From Octopus sinensis (lineage: Eukaryota), in contig NC_043001.1 of the NCBI RefSeq assembly GCF_006345805.1, positions 85,746,001 to 85,810,000 of the forward strand: a stretch of DNA of 64,000 bases, read 5' to 3'. Under the pieces are notes generated by a model, which searched no databases, was not told the DNA's origin, and saw only the letters and a list, made by a program, of their open reading frames with translations. The position numbers and the translations under genes are program-made. This document shows, piece by piece, positions 39,221-51,440 of this stretch. Numbering within the stretch: position 1 is the first letter of the stretch; every line of letters starts with the position of its first letter.

Positions 39221-40343
39221 ACAGCTGGAAAACTACTATAAAATAACCACCATAGGACTGCAAAAATATCTACTTCAGAAGGAAGGAAAACTGATCCAGA
39301 TAGCAGCAAAACACGAGCAAAACAAAAAAACTGTTCTCAGTATTTAAGGAAGCTGACAAATACAAACAAGAAATCATACCACCTAATAAACACGAAGAAG
39401 AAGAAGAAGATGATGAAGAACACAAAAGCTATAAAACAAATGAAATCCAAACTAAAAATAGAAGAGCAACGAACCATGATAAAACGATGGCAAGAAAAGC
39501 CCCTTCATGGTAAATAGTGGACTAAACTAAACGCAAAAGAAATAGACAAAGAAAATCCAGCAATGGTTGAGAAGCTCAGGACTCAAAGCAGAAACAGAGG
39601 GATTTTAATTGCAGCACAAGACCAAAGCCTCCTCACCAGAAATTACCAAAAACATGTAATGAAAAGAAATATAACAAGTAACTGCAGAATATGTGGAGAT
39701 GGACAGAAACAATAAATCATATATCTCTAGCTGCCCAGTCCTGGCTAAGAAGGAATATATTCACAGACATGAATGAGTTGGAACCTACATACATTGGAAG
39801 CTATGCCAACATTATGGAATAACAACAGAAAAAAGATGGTATAGGCACACACCAGAAAAGGTCACAGAAAACGAGAAAGCAACCATACTCTGGGATATGC
39901 CGATACACACAGATAGAGAAATTAAGGCCAACAGACCAGATATAGTTGTCAGAGATCATGAAGAAAAAAATGCTTTCTAATTGATATATCAATACCGGCA
40001 GATGACAACGTGTCTCTAAAAGAAATGGAGAAACTCTCAAAATACAAAGACCTGGGAATAGAAGTAACCAGAATGTGGAATCTAAAAACAGAAACAATTC
40101 CTATCATAGTAGGTGCATTAGGCATGATAAAAAAATATTCAGACAAATACATAACAAAAACACCAGGACTTACAAACACATATAACATACAGAAAATTGC
40201 ACTACTAGGCACTGCACACATCCTAAGCAGAACACTTTCCATACAATAACCATCAGAGCATCACAACAAATCACAGCACATACCTAAGGCACACAGAGCT
40301 GCGCTCGGTAATGAAGTGAAAGCACGCTATAAAAATAAAACTA

Positions 40344-40346
<3 letters not shown>
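39221..40346 (+). mobile_element. R4/Dong family A, 5'-truncated copy
   Basis: near-identical to 19170-20304 with small indels; same 3' UTR; preceded by (AAT)n(AAG)n and followed by (AAT)n. Confidence 0.92.
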
Positions 40347-40411
<65 letters not shown>

Positions 40412-40433
40412 TAATAATAATAATAATAATAAT

Positions 40434-41285
40434 AAAGCGATTAAATGAATAGAAAGTGCCAGATAATTAACTTTACAGTCCCAAAAGATGAAAAAAATCA
40501 AAATGAGAGGTATATAAAGGATAGCAAAGTATAAGGACCTAGCCAATTAATTACAGAGACTATGGAAAATGTGGGTGAAATGTATCCCAGTAATTATAGG
40601 TGCATTGGGAACTATCCATAAACATTTGAACCGATGGATAGAGGAAATAGGTTTAAAACCCATATTAGTACAGCTCCAAGAAACAGTGTTATTAGGGACA
40701 GCTAGGATACATAGGAGGGTTTTTGGCATCTAAGGTTACTTGTTGTAGTCCGATGTTAGGATTGTTTCTTTTCCAACAGTTTAATCTGTTTTGTGTAGAT
40801 GAAAATAAAAATGATGATAATAGGTTGTGATCCTATTCAAATGGGTAAAGAGAAAATAATAAACCGGACATAACAATTATAGATAATGAGAAGTGACGTT
40901 ACTTACTGAGCGACACATCATCCCCGTTTGATTCCAGGATCGTAGAGAAAGAGGACGGAAAATAAAAACTAAATACTCCATTAAAAATATCCATCCATTA
41001 AAATCTGAAATAGGAAGAACTTGGAGCATGAGAACAGTAAAGGTCATGCCCATGATAATTGATGCGTTGGAAACAGTAAGAAAAGTTATAGACAAATGGC
41101 TGAATGAGATTGAAATAGAATGCTCGGTAAAGCTCCTACAGACAGTTTGTCTCTTAGGGACAGCAAGGATTATCAGGAGGGTTCTAAACACTTGAAAGAC
41201 AACTGAAAATTTGAAGGTACCTAAGGTTACAGGTAATAAATCAGGAATAAGACCGAACCTGAGCCAAATCAAAATATTAATTAAC
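40434..41285 (+). mobile_element. two further diverged R4/Dong REL-domain 3' fragments in tandem (families C and D)
   Basis: KYKDL..WKMWVKCIPVIIGALGTI...LGTARIHRRVFGI*, then a second PDI..TVKVMPMIIDALE...LGTARIIRRVLNT*. Confidence 0.75.
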
Positions 41286-41291
41286 ATAATA

Positions 41292-41818
41292 GATGCTCTG
41301 ATGCAGTACCAGGCACTGGCTCTCATGTCTTTTGATTTTAATTAATTGGAAGTTTTCTCAGGTATATGCTTTGTCTTGGTATAAAAGATGGGCTAGAGCA
41401 AATATTCTGCTCAGTATCAAAGATTTGTTTCTCAGCTGCTTGACCATAACCACTTGAACATGTCCCTTAGCGGTTGACGGTGTGCGCATCTCTAATCAGG
41501 AGCAGGAGTTGGGGAACATCATAGTCAGATGTTGAGAATAATTTGGGGTGGAGGTTGAATAATTCACCTCTGGAAACATGGGTGTTTCATTCAACTTCCC
41601 AAAACAAATCGTAATCAGAGACCTTTTGAGCGAGACGGCCTACTCGACATGAAGAAAAATCTAACTGGGCCATACATGCAAGGTCATATACTCTTTATTT
41701 TGATATAAGATCACCATGTAGCACACATGGCTGTGATGCATGTGCCTAGTTCACCATTATCAGATTGGTTCCTTATATTTGTATCTCAGCATCATTTGAT
41801 GGCATGTATTGCATGGTT
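41292..41818 (+). mobile_element. diverged second copy of the ~555-bp non-coding repeat
   Basis: gatgctctgatgcagtaccaggcactggctctcatg...tttgatggcatg collinear with 20357-20900. Confidence 0.7.
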
Positions 41819-42005
41819 CTCCTGGGATCTTATCTATATGTTTATGACATCCCTTTTTTATCATGCCTAGGGCACCTACAATGACAGGAACAGTTCTCGT
41901 TTTTAAATGCCACACCGTTTGTATTTCAATTTCCAGGTCCATATATTTACTTAGTTTGTCAAATTCCTTGACAGATATCTTTTTATCACTTACATCCAAG
42001 TAGTC
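41815..42005 (-). mobile_element. R4/Dong REL fragment (same family as 13170-13380)
   Basis: KEFDKLSKYMDLEIEIQTVWHLKTRTVPVIVGALGMIKK; abuts (TTG)n(TTA)n at 42006-42100. Confidence 0.8.
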
Positions 42006-42101
<96 letters not shown>

Positions 42102-42852
42102 GAGAAGCACAAATCTACACCGCTTCTGTCTTCAAAATAAAATTATCAATAAATAGATATCATAATGAATTCTAACGGCAATAACTATTTAACTAACAGC
42201 GTAATGGAAATGCTTATATGGGATGATGATCGTGATAATGGGGATGAATATGTTGGAGATGAATATGATGGAGAGGAGGAAGTGGCTGAGGATGATAATG
42301 GTGATTAAGATAAGGGGGGCAAAGGGACAACTGCTGACTGTGTAGGCGAATGAATATGCTGATCCTGACGATAAAGTTAACGATTGCCTAGATTATGAAG
42401 ATGATACTAATGATAAAGGGGATGAAGATTATCTGGAAAATGGAAATCATACTGGGAATAATTAGGGAGATTATGACGATGATTATGTCGATGATAATGA
42501 CAACCATGATGGGGACAACGACGATGATGATGATGATGATGATGATGATTGTGATGAAAAGGGTGATGAAGATGATGATGTTTCAGTAGAGAATAGTGAT
42601 GGTGATTATTAGTATTATCTTTTGGATTGGCAAAACGCTTTCAGCTTAAGAAAAATGTCTTGCGATATTACTTTCGATATTTCGGATTGTGTGTTCAAAT
42701 ACTACCAAGATCAGCATTTCTTTTTATCTCTGCGTTTTCGGTACTCAAGAAAAACCAATCAAGTCCTGCATTTTGATGCTATCGTCTTATCCCCTTTCTT
42801 CAAAATTGCTAGCATTGAGGCTACTATTATTGTTGTTGTTGTTGTTGTTGTT

Positions 42853-42908
<56 letters not shown>

Positions 42909-42909
<1 letters not shown>

Positions 42910-43540
42910 TCCTGTTTGACGTTTGCTTTGCATTTGTACAAGTTCCCTCCAAGTCTCACCCAAAGAGCTCAAGAGACAACAAGCTAGAAGTTCATGTTGG
43001 TGTTTGTACGTAGTATTGTTCTAAAGAATGTTTAAGAACACATAAGAGAATTGTGAGTTTGTTTTAAAATTTGAGATCACATAGATAGTATTTTACGTAA
43101 GATATGGTCAGTTCTCATGAGCACTATCTTTTGAATTTCTGGCATTTTGGAGTTTCCTGGTATCTGAGCTAGGTAGCAACCAGCTCCTTTTGCTAGCATT
43201 TCTAGGGCAAATGACAATAGGTATTGTTTTAGTCTTCAGTTGCCACATTTTGCCAAATTCTATTTCAAGATCTTTATAATTGCTCAGTTTTTTTTTTGGT
43301 AGGTCATAACAGATACATTTATATCAATTGGGACAGCCATATCAATAAGGAGTTATGATTTTTTCTAAAGTCTTTCAATATAATGTCTGGCCTATTTGCA
43401 TCTATCTATCTGTCAGTTTGAATGGGGAAATTTCAGAGGAGTGAGATGTGATCATTTTCAAGCACTGGAAGCGATTTGTGTTCCCACCACTTTTTATCAT
43501 GGGGAAGGTTTTAGCAAATTACCCAGTGAATATACTGAGC
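42909..43540 (-). mobile_element. R4/Dong family B 3' portion
   Basis: reverse complement of the family B REL region and 3' UTR; (ATT)n tail at 42855-42908. Confidence 0.8.
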
Positions 43541-43619
43541 AGCTCTATCAAGCCTGAGATACTCTATAGGCGCAGGAAAACTGCACTTAGAGACAACATA
43601 ATCAATGACTTTATTTTGT

Positions 43620-45050
43620 TGTTGACATACACGACATGCTGGGAAGCTGCCATTCTTGAATATGTTGACCTGAATATGTTGACTTTTAGAAAAGAAACAA
43701 TCCTAACATCGAGATACAATAAGAAATCTTTGGTTCCAAGAACCCTCCTAAGTATCCTAGCTGTCTCTAATAACACTGTCTTCTGGAGCTGTTCTAAACT
43801 GGGTTGTATGCCTATTTCATCTATGCATCTGTTCAGATCTTCAATGATAGTTCCTAATTCACCTATAACTACTGGGATACATTTTACCCACATTTTTCAT
43901 AGTCTCTATAATTGATTAGCTAGGTACTGATACGTTGCCATTTTTAATATACCTCTCATATTGATTTTTTCATCATTTGGGATTGTAAAGTTAATTAGCA
44001 CTTTCTATTCTCTTTATCTACTACTACTAAATTAGGCCCGCTAGCTTCTATTTCTCTGTCAGTCTGAATTTTAAATTCCCACATTTCTTATTTTCCAGTA
44101 CTTTATTAGGTTGATGTTTATATAATTTACTCGTATGTTCAAATCCTAGCTTTCTACATAACTCCCAGTGGATTACTCTCGCTAAGTTATCATGTCTTTC
44201 CTTGCATTCTTTCTGTGCCAGCATGCTATATTCACTTACTATACGAGTAACGCTTCCTTCTTTTGATTTGCATAATCTACATTGGGAATCTTCATGGTTA
44301 TTGTCTATCTTGGCTCTTATGCAGTTGGTCTTTAATGCTTGATCTTGTGCTGCTACAAACAATCTCTGACTCCCTTTACGACTTTCCTTTCTGCAACCAT
44401 AACCATGTCTCACTTCTAGTATTTGCTGCAATTATCTTTGGGAATCTACCATGCAAAGCTTGCTCTTTCCAGTCAGATAATTTCTGTTCTCGTTTTTAGT
44501 CTTTAACCTAGTTTGAGTTTTTGGTGTCACAATGTCTTACTGTGACTCTAGCAGCATTGAATAAACTCTTACCTACGTAGGAGTCTATATCTAATCTAGC
44601 TAACACCAAGCAGTCCTCTACTCATATTAACCCTCTTCCGCCTTCTTTTCTAGGAAAGTATAATTCTTCCATTTATATTGAATTACTTCCTAGTTCTTCT
44701 GTCTAGCTTTGATAATTCTTTTTTATCCAATCTACAAAAGATACTGAGTATCTAAGTCATGTTACTGCCAAAGTATTTGCAGCCTTTACTAGATTCCCCA
44801 TTTGGTTTTCACTTCATTAGCTTCCACACCATTCTGATGAACTCCTCAATTTTCGTTTTCATTTCTATAGTTAGTACTCTATCAGATTTTAATACTTCTA
44901 GATACTTAAAACTCACTCCTCTTTCGGTGATTTTAATGTCTGGCCATCTGGTAATTGGATGTTTTCCCTGTTGTCTACCTGTCTCCTTCTCATGCCTAAT
45001 ATTGCACACTTATCTATGCCAAGACCATACTTGTCAGCAGCTTGAATACT
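43620..45050 (-). mobile_element. degenerate R4/Dong family C (RT thumb, CCHC knuckle, REL)
   Basis: AAQDQALKTN...CRLCKSKEGSVTRIVS...RHDNLARVIHWELC; MWVKCIPVVIGELGT...LETARILRRVLGT; UTR segment shared with 40740-40790. Confidence 0.75.
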
Positions 45051-46361
45051 ATAATCTGCACTCGAGTATTATGCATAATACCATAAGGATGGCGAGCTGG
45101 CAGAAACGTTAGCAGGCCGGACGAGATGCTTAGCGGTATTTCGTCTGTCTTTAAATTTTGACATTAAATTCCGCCGAGGTCGACTTTGCCTTTCCTCCTT
45201 TCGGGGTCGATAAATTAAGTATCAGTTGCATACTGGGGTCGATGTAATCGACTCAATCCTTTTTGTCTGTCCTTGTTTGACCCCTCTATGTTTATTGCCC
45301 TATGGGCAATAAAGAAATTATTATGCATGACACCAAACGTCATACAGGACTGGCTACAACATTCCCACAGGACATACGCATATGAATGGTCTATATCTCT
45401 TCCCCGTCACAAGTAATGAATGTTACAGATATATTGGAATCGCTGAGAAAATAGCATATATTGTTCTGTGAGTAAAGATAGAGTGACAAAAAACATACTT
45501 TAGCAAACTTTGGACGATATAGAACATGGCTGCATTCTGTGGAACCCTATCCCAGAAGACTTTTGCAATGCAAATGATAGTACCAACATTTGGTATATTA
45601 AACTGAAAGCTTGAAAGAAACTGCAACTCGGGCTAAAAGCATTAACAGGATAGTAACAATGACAAGTAACTTCTACATCATTTGTGACACTCGCATGATC
45701 TATATCTAATAGACGGTTGGCGGCAGAGGCATATGATCAGTTTGTACAGTTCACTTTGGCAAAAGCTACTGAACAGCCTAGGAGGAAATGTGTACGTCAT
45801 GAGTATATTCAACAATGAACCGTTTTAAAGATCAACTTCCCGGCATAAATGGATGTCTATTCGAAACCTGGAGCAGTGGAGAAATGTATATCAGACTGAT
45901 GAGAAACCTACAGCACATATTAACGCTATTTTTTTCTGTTATTACAGATGCATTGGACCACCTAACAACAGATCTGTGTAGAAATTTAGAAATGCTTGGT
46001 TTCTCCCTAAAAGAACTGAGCAGTCTGTTTCGCATTCACCAGATTCAATCGATGAGAAGAATAAGGAAAATTTGTAAGACGTTTCCGAGATTCTCCGTAT
46101 GAGGTTTTTGGGTGAACGCAGTAATGCATACATGTGAAATACATATGCGGCCCACGTGTGAGCCGTAATGAAACCCACAAACCCACGCATGTAAGATGAT
46201 CCACATGCGCACACACACATAGACGCACACACAAGCACAAAAACAAAAGCAAGCATTTGGCCAACAACACCGAAAACTGGACTGCTTTTAATAAACCATC
46301 GACTGGTTTTATGTATGGCAAAACTAAGAAATATGTGTGTGTATGCATGCATATATATATA

Positions 46362-46413
<52 letters not shown>

Positions 46414-47878
46414 TGTGTGTGTGTTTGTGTGTATCTATATATAACTGAGATCTTGCCAAGAATATTTACATATATTTTTTTAGAAAAATCTATAGACAGG
46501 TTAGTTGATAAAAATATCTCGCTGGAGAGAATTTGCATTTTTTCAAATCTCCAAAATAAAATACATATTTAAAAGGATTTATTATTTTCTCTTCTCGTTT
46601 TTTGTATTTATTTATATTTGATTTGATTTTTTGTTTGTGTTTCTATTTAAAACATTTTCTTAATCTGCATATTGCTTTACAATTAAATATCACACAAATA
46701 TTCAATTTCGATCTATCAGATGAACGTTCTCTGATTGGCTTATTTCGTTTGACCCTCGACCTATCTTCCATCTATTGACATCTCCACCGTCCCATAGGTT
46801 TCATCGATTGAAATTTCTAAAGTGGCTCAACGCCATATGTAATAATTTTGGACACCATAAATGGGTAAATTACGATACAAAAATAGCAGCTTGGTTGCTA
46901 TATTTGTAACGAAAATATTTTGGTTTCGAATACTGTTATAGCTTGCAGATGTTTAGCTAACATATTGCCGACAACAATAATTTTGCATATGATAAATGTG
47001 TGGATATATTAATTATTCATTAAGGTTTTCAACTGTCCTGTGCTAAGTATATCTGACAATATACAGATATTAGGAAAAGTTATACTTTTGGAGGTACCGA
47101 TCCCATTTGAGTTAAATATGTACGATTATGAGGTCAAGTTTATTTAATACTTAAAGTTATATAGTGCTTCCTTTGTGTATACAACTCAATCCTGTTAGTA
47201 ACTAGAGATAATAACGAAAATGCACTTATTCTACTTTAAAATAAGTCGAGATTAATGATTAAATGTATTTGGATGCAATATGGAGACAAGATAAAATGAT
47301 TGTTTGTTTACTTCGTGAATTTGTTTTCAGCCTTTTTTATGTGGAAACGGCATGTCAGTGAATAGACCCAATGTTTCCTCTGAGTATCGTAAAAACCGAA
47401 CAAATGAGGTTCAGGTAGAGTTTGCACTCCGACCTTATAAAATCTTCACCAGCACCGACTACCCAAAACACATGAATGGTTTGGAGGGTTTGTCACCTGG
47501 GTGGTGCAAAGGTGTCATCCGCCAGGACTCGGGAATCACCAGCAGACAGTGGATACAATGATGTACTGTTGCAGGGCATGCCCTCATAATGCTACTAATA
47601 CTATTGTTGTTGGTTTTAAATGTTGTTGGTTTTAATCTTGCTACTGTCTTCTACCAAAGTAAGCTGAATGTACGTAGGTTGATTACAGGAAATGTGTTCA
47701 CATATTATCACAGAATAATGATTTTCGCAGGCATTGATTTCCAGTCCCAGAGCTGAATATGTACTTTAGTAGTCTCTGTAACTTACAAGCTGCTCAACAC
47801 TCATGACTGAAAACATTATGAATGATGGCTTCATTTATTCCATCGATGTAATGAAGGTGGCGGTGTGCTGTCTATGTA

Positions 47879-48443
47879 TTCGGTTGTCCGGAAAGTTCGT
47901 CAGATTTTTAAAGGTAAGAAAAAGGTCAATAAATCCATGCCATTACATTTTTAATCAACCAAATATGAATCATTTTGTTGCACAATGCGTCTCCATCTTT
48001 CCTTTAACTCAAAAATACCCTCTTCCCAGAACTGAGGTGGTTTCGTGGCAAAGAATCATCAAGATATCTTTTTACGTCATCCAATGAATTGACATTTTTA
48101 CCATTAAGACTATTCTGCAAAGACATGAATAAGTGGAAATCCGAAGGGGCAATATCTGGTGAATATGGAGGGTGGGGTAACACATTCCAGCCAAGCTGCA
48201 GCAATTTTTGTCTGGTTCCCAAAGCATCAAGTGCTGAAAATGAACTTTTTTTATCTTCCACTTTAAAGGGTTACAGAATTAACACAGGTTATAGGAACAT
48301 AAACCTTCTTCCCCGAAAAGATAGCTTAAAGTGTTCTCTAAATGGAGGTGTAGTCAAATCCTATTTTATGGCCTCAACCATGTTCTAAAATAAGTCGAAA
48401 GGTAAGCTACAATAAATCGGCACGAACTTTCCGGACAACCCAA
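47879..48443 (-). mobile_element. second copy of the internally deleted mariner MITE
   Basis: same TIRs and TA flanks as 7860-8422; minus-strand ORF MEDKK.../LGTRQKLLQLGWNVLPHPPYSPDIAPSDFHLF. Confidence 0.9.
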
Positions 48444-48689
48444 TACATCTTTATCTTGCCAAACAACCAAGTTGTAAACATTTTCCATCATGAGCTTAGG
48501 TTGTTTTACGTACCTAGTTCATTTAGCTCTGAATATATTATATTGAAAATATCTTGTTCAAAAACTATGGTCAATCCAAAAATTGCAGATAACTTACAGA
48601 TACTCTGCAGACCATGTCAGATAGCATATACAGTTTGGGAGCGAAAGTGGTCTGCGAATTAGTGCAAAAACGATCAAAACCATGTCAGT

Positions 48690-48910
48690 AAGTGGATTCC
48701 AATCACCACTTGTCAATCTCGAATGAGATCAAATAGAGGACACAGTTAAATTTACTTATCTTGGAAGCTGTATTTCCAAAGAGGGTGATGCAGAAGTTGA
48801 AGTCAAGACCAACATAGGTAATGTAACATCAGTATACCAACAACGTCGTTCAGTACGGAGATCGAAGGCCATCAGTAAGAAGGTAAATATGCGGCTATTG
48901 TTATACCATC
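48690..48910 (+). mobile_element. RTE-clade RT thumb fragment
   Basis: QIEDTVKFTYLGSCISKEGDAEVEVKTNIG. Confidence 0.7.
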
Positions 48911-49739
48911 AGCCGACTTAAGGCAATTGGAAATCCCATGCAAAATTGATGTCTTGCAAAAAGCAGCCTTATTGGGCAAAACGCAGTGCATTTTTACCTA
49001 CACAGTGTTACGAAGGAATAATGATAATAAATAAATAAATAAATAGATAATTTTATATAAATCAAAATCATTTATTTCAATATGTATTTCCGGTTATTTT
49101 TTTTACATAGCTACTTCGTATAAAAATATATAAACTTCGACTTAGAAGGATAATTTTTTTCTTCTGGTAGACTAAGTACTGTGGTATATATTCTGGGAAT
49201 TGTGTTTGTGCAGGTATGAATATGTAGATTACAACAAAAATACATAACATATAATTATGTATTTTTGAATAATCGCAAATATATGTATTAATGGTGATAG
49301 AGCGTCTATACATAATGTAATGCTCCAATTTCTTTACTTCTGGAAGACTTAGTAATATTTTTTTATTTGTTTATTATTTTCTCTTTATCTGAGAAATAAT
49401 ATAGATTATAATTATCGTAGATCTTTGTTTCTTGTTTGTTTTTAAGTTACGGACTTCTCCCTTCCATAAACTACGTAAATAAGGACCGTTATTTATTAGT
49501 TACTTTGAATAATATTTATGTCAGTAACAACAGATAATTGAGAGGAGTTATTATATATCATCATTACATATGTGTATATTTCCCTTGAGTATTAAATAAT
49601 ATCACATATAAATGAATACGATATGTATAGGCATATTTATAGAATAAATACCAAAGTACTCAGTCTACCAGAGGAAAATATGATTAATCCTTCAATAAAA
49701 CTACTTGAAACTCTGATACTTTATTTATTTATACATTTA

Positions 49740-49741
49740 TA

Positions 49742-49795
<54 letters not shown>

Positions 49796-49912
49796 TATTA
49801 TTATTATTATTATATATTATTATTATTATTATTATTATCATCATCATCATCATCATCATTATTATTATTAGTAGTAGTAGTAGTAGTAGTATTAGTATTA
49901 GTATTATTATTA
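49740..49912. repeat. compound (ATT)n/(ATC)n/(AGT)n microsatellite
   Basis: direct reading. Confidence 0.9.
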
Positions 49913-50364
49913 CATATCATTAAAATGACCAGTGATTACTTTCGATTTAAATACATTCTGATTAATATTGTTGGAGATATATAAAAACATTTTTGGATCG
50001 TTATAAACTTTCTTTACTTAATTTATCGTTTGAATGTTGTTGTTCTTTTGTTGTACTTATGTATTTGAAATGTCATTGCTCACGCTCTTAAACATAGGTA
50101 TTTTGAATCAGTACTATACATTCTAGCATACCTTTAACATGGAATTTCGTCTATCGTTTTGAACTAGGCCCTGAAAATATTTGTACGCATAGATATGAAT
50201 TGTTTATAAATCAAATAAAGTATATAAGTCGAAACAAATTGTTGACTTTAATTGGGGTTTTTTTTAAATTGGTTATATTATATTATATTTAGAGTTTATT
50301 ATATTATAATATATTATAATTTAATAAACAGTTAGATTGCCCATTGTATTTTTCTATTCAATTT

Positions 50365-50398
<34 letters not shown>

Positions 50399-50430
50399 TA
50401 GATAGATAGTTAGATAGATAGATAGATACA

Positions 50431-50462
<32 letters not shown>

Positions 50463-50496
50463 CATGTATATATCTAGATATATATACATATATATA

Positions 50497-50537
<41 letters not shown>

Positions 50538-50539
<2 letters not shown>

Positions 50540-50740
50540 TAATCCAAACATGAACAAAGAGAAAACACAACAACGCGAGGACGTGGAACAAGTATAGTGT
50601 TATTGGACGCTTAGGAAAGGAAAGAAAGAAGGAGGATTTAACGTTTCGAGCGAAGCTCTTCATCAGAAACAAAGAAAAAGAAAGGTCCAAGGAAGGGAAG
50701 ACGGAGAAAGAAAATCCCCAACGATACATACGCGGTCACA
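50538..50740 (-). mobile_element. Penelope-like pseudo-LTR (homologous copy at 57853-58050)
   Basis: homology with 57853-58050; carries a hammerhead motif. Confidence 0.7.
50636..50670 (-). ncRNA. minimal type I hammerhead ribozyme motif, intact
   Basis: minus strand GUUU-CUGAUGA-A-GAGC-UUC-GCUC-GAAAC-GUU-AAAU; palindromic ACGU stem III. Confidence 0.7.
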
Positions 50741-50760
50741 TATATATGTATGTATATATG

Positions 50761-50820
<60 letters not shown>

Positions 50821-50849
50821 CATAGGTGTGTGCATAGACTAGGTGTGGT

Positions 50850-51440
50850 AATAAAAATACAAATTCAAATATTCCGTTTGTAGTCACCCACAATCCTAGA
50901 AACCACAACATCCTGCACTCCAACAAAAATACCTCTCATTTCTACATGAACCGTCAAATCTCCAACGAATGATTAAAAGTCACAAACAGTCGAAGACAAC
51001 CACCTAACCTCATGAGACTCCTAACAACGGCGGGATTCACATTCGAAAAAGAAATAATGCAGGTAACGAACTGTGGAGACTCCCGTTGTGTGACATGGGA
51101 ATTAATTGAGCAAGGGACAACCAAAAGACTTAAATATGGGAAGGATTTAAAAGTGAATGCAAACATGAATTGCAAAGAAAAAATTCTCGTGTGCAGCATC
51201 ACATACCCACAATGCAATGGAAACTACATTGGGGAGACAAGAGAGAAACTGACCAGCCGTGTAAATGTGCATAAGCAATAAATTAGGAATTCATCCCTTA
51301 GGAATGTTCCACACAATGAACATCTAGTTATCTGTGCAAATGAAAAATGTATAATATTCCCATTTTACGAAATAAACGAGGAAAATATTTACGAAAGGCA
51401 AAAGAAGAAAACTTTATAAAAATTAAACCGAAAATAGCCA
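50850..51440 (+). mobile_element. Penelope-like element C-terminal region with GIY-YIG endonuclease remnant
   Basis: PFVVTHNPRN...RRQPPNLMRLLT...CGDSRC...NMNC...YPQCNGNYIGETREKLTSRVNVHKQ*. Confidence 0.8.

Noticed and set aside
42200-42620. Acidic D/E-rich or Met-rich reading frames
   Set aside because: Degenerate (GAT)n low-complexity DNA with frequent stops.
47334-47561. Acceptor-like ttgttttcag followed by an open frame (PFLCGNGMSVNRPN...)
   Set aside because: No recognisable domain, no partner exons; an ORF of this size is expected by chance.
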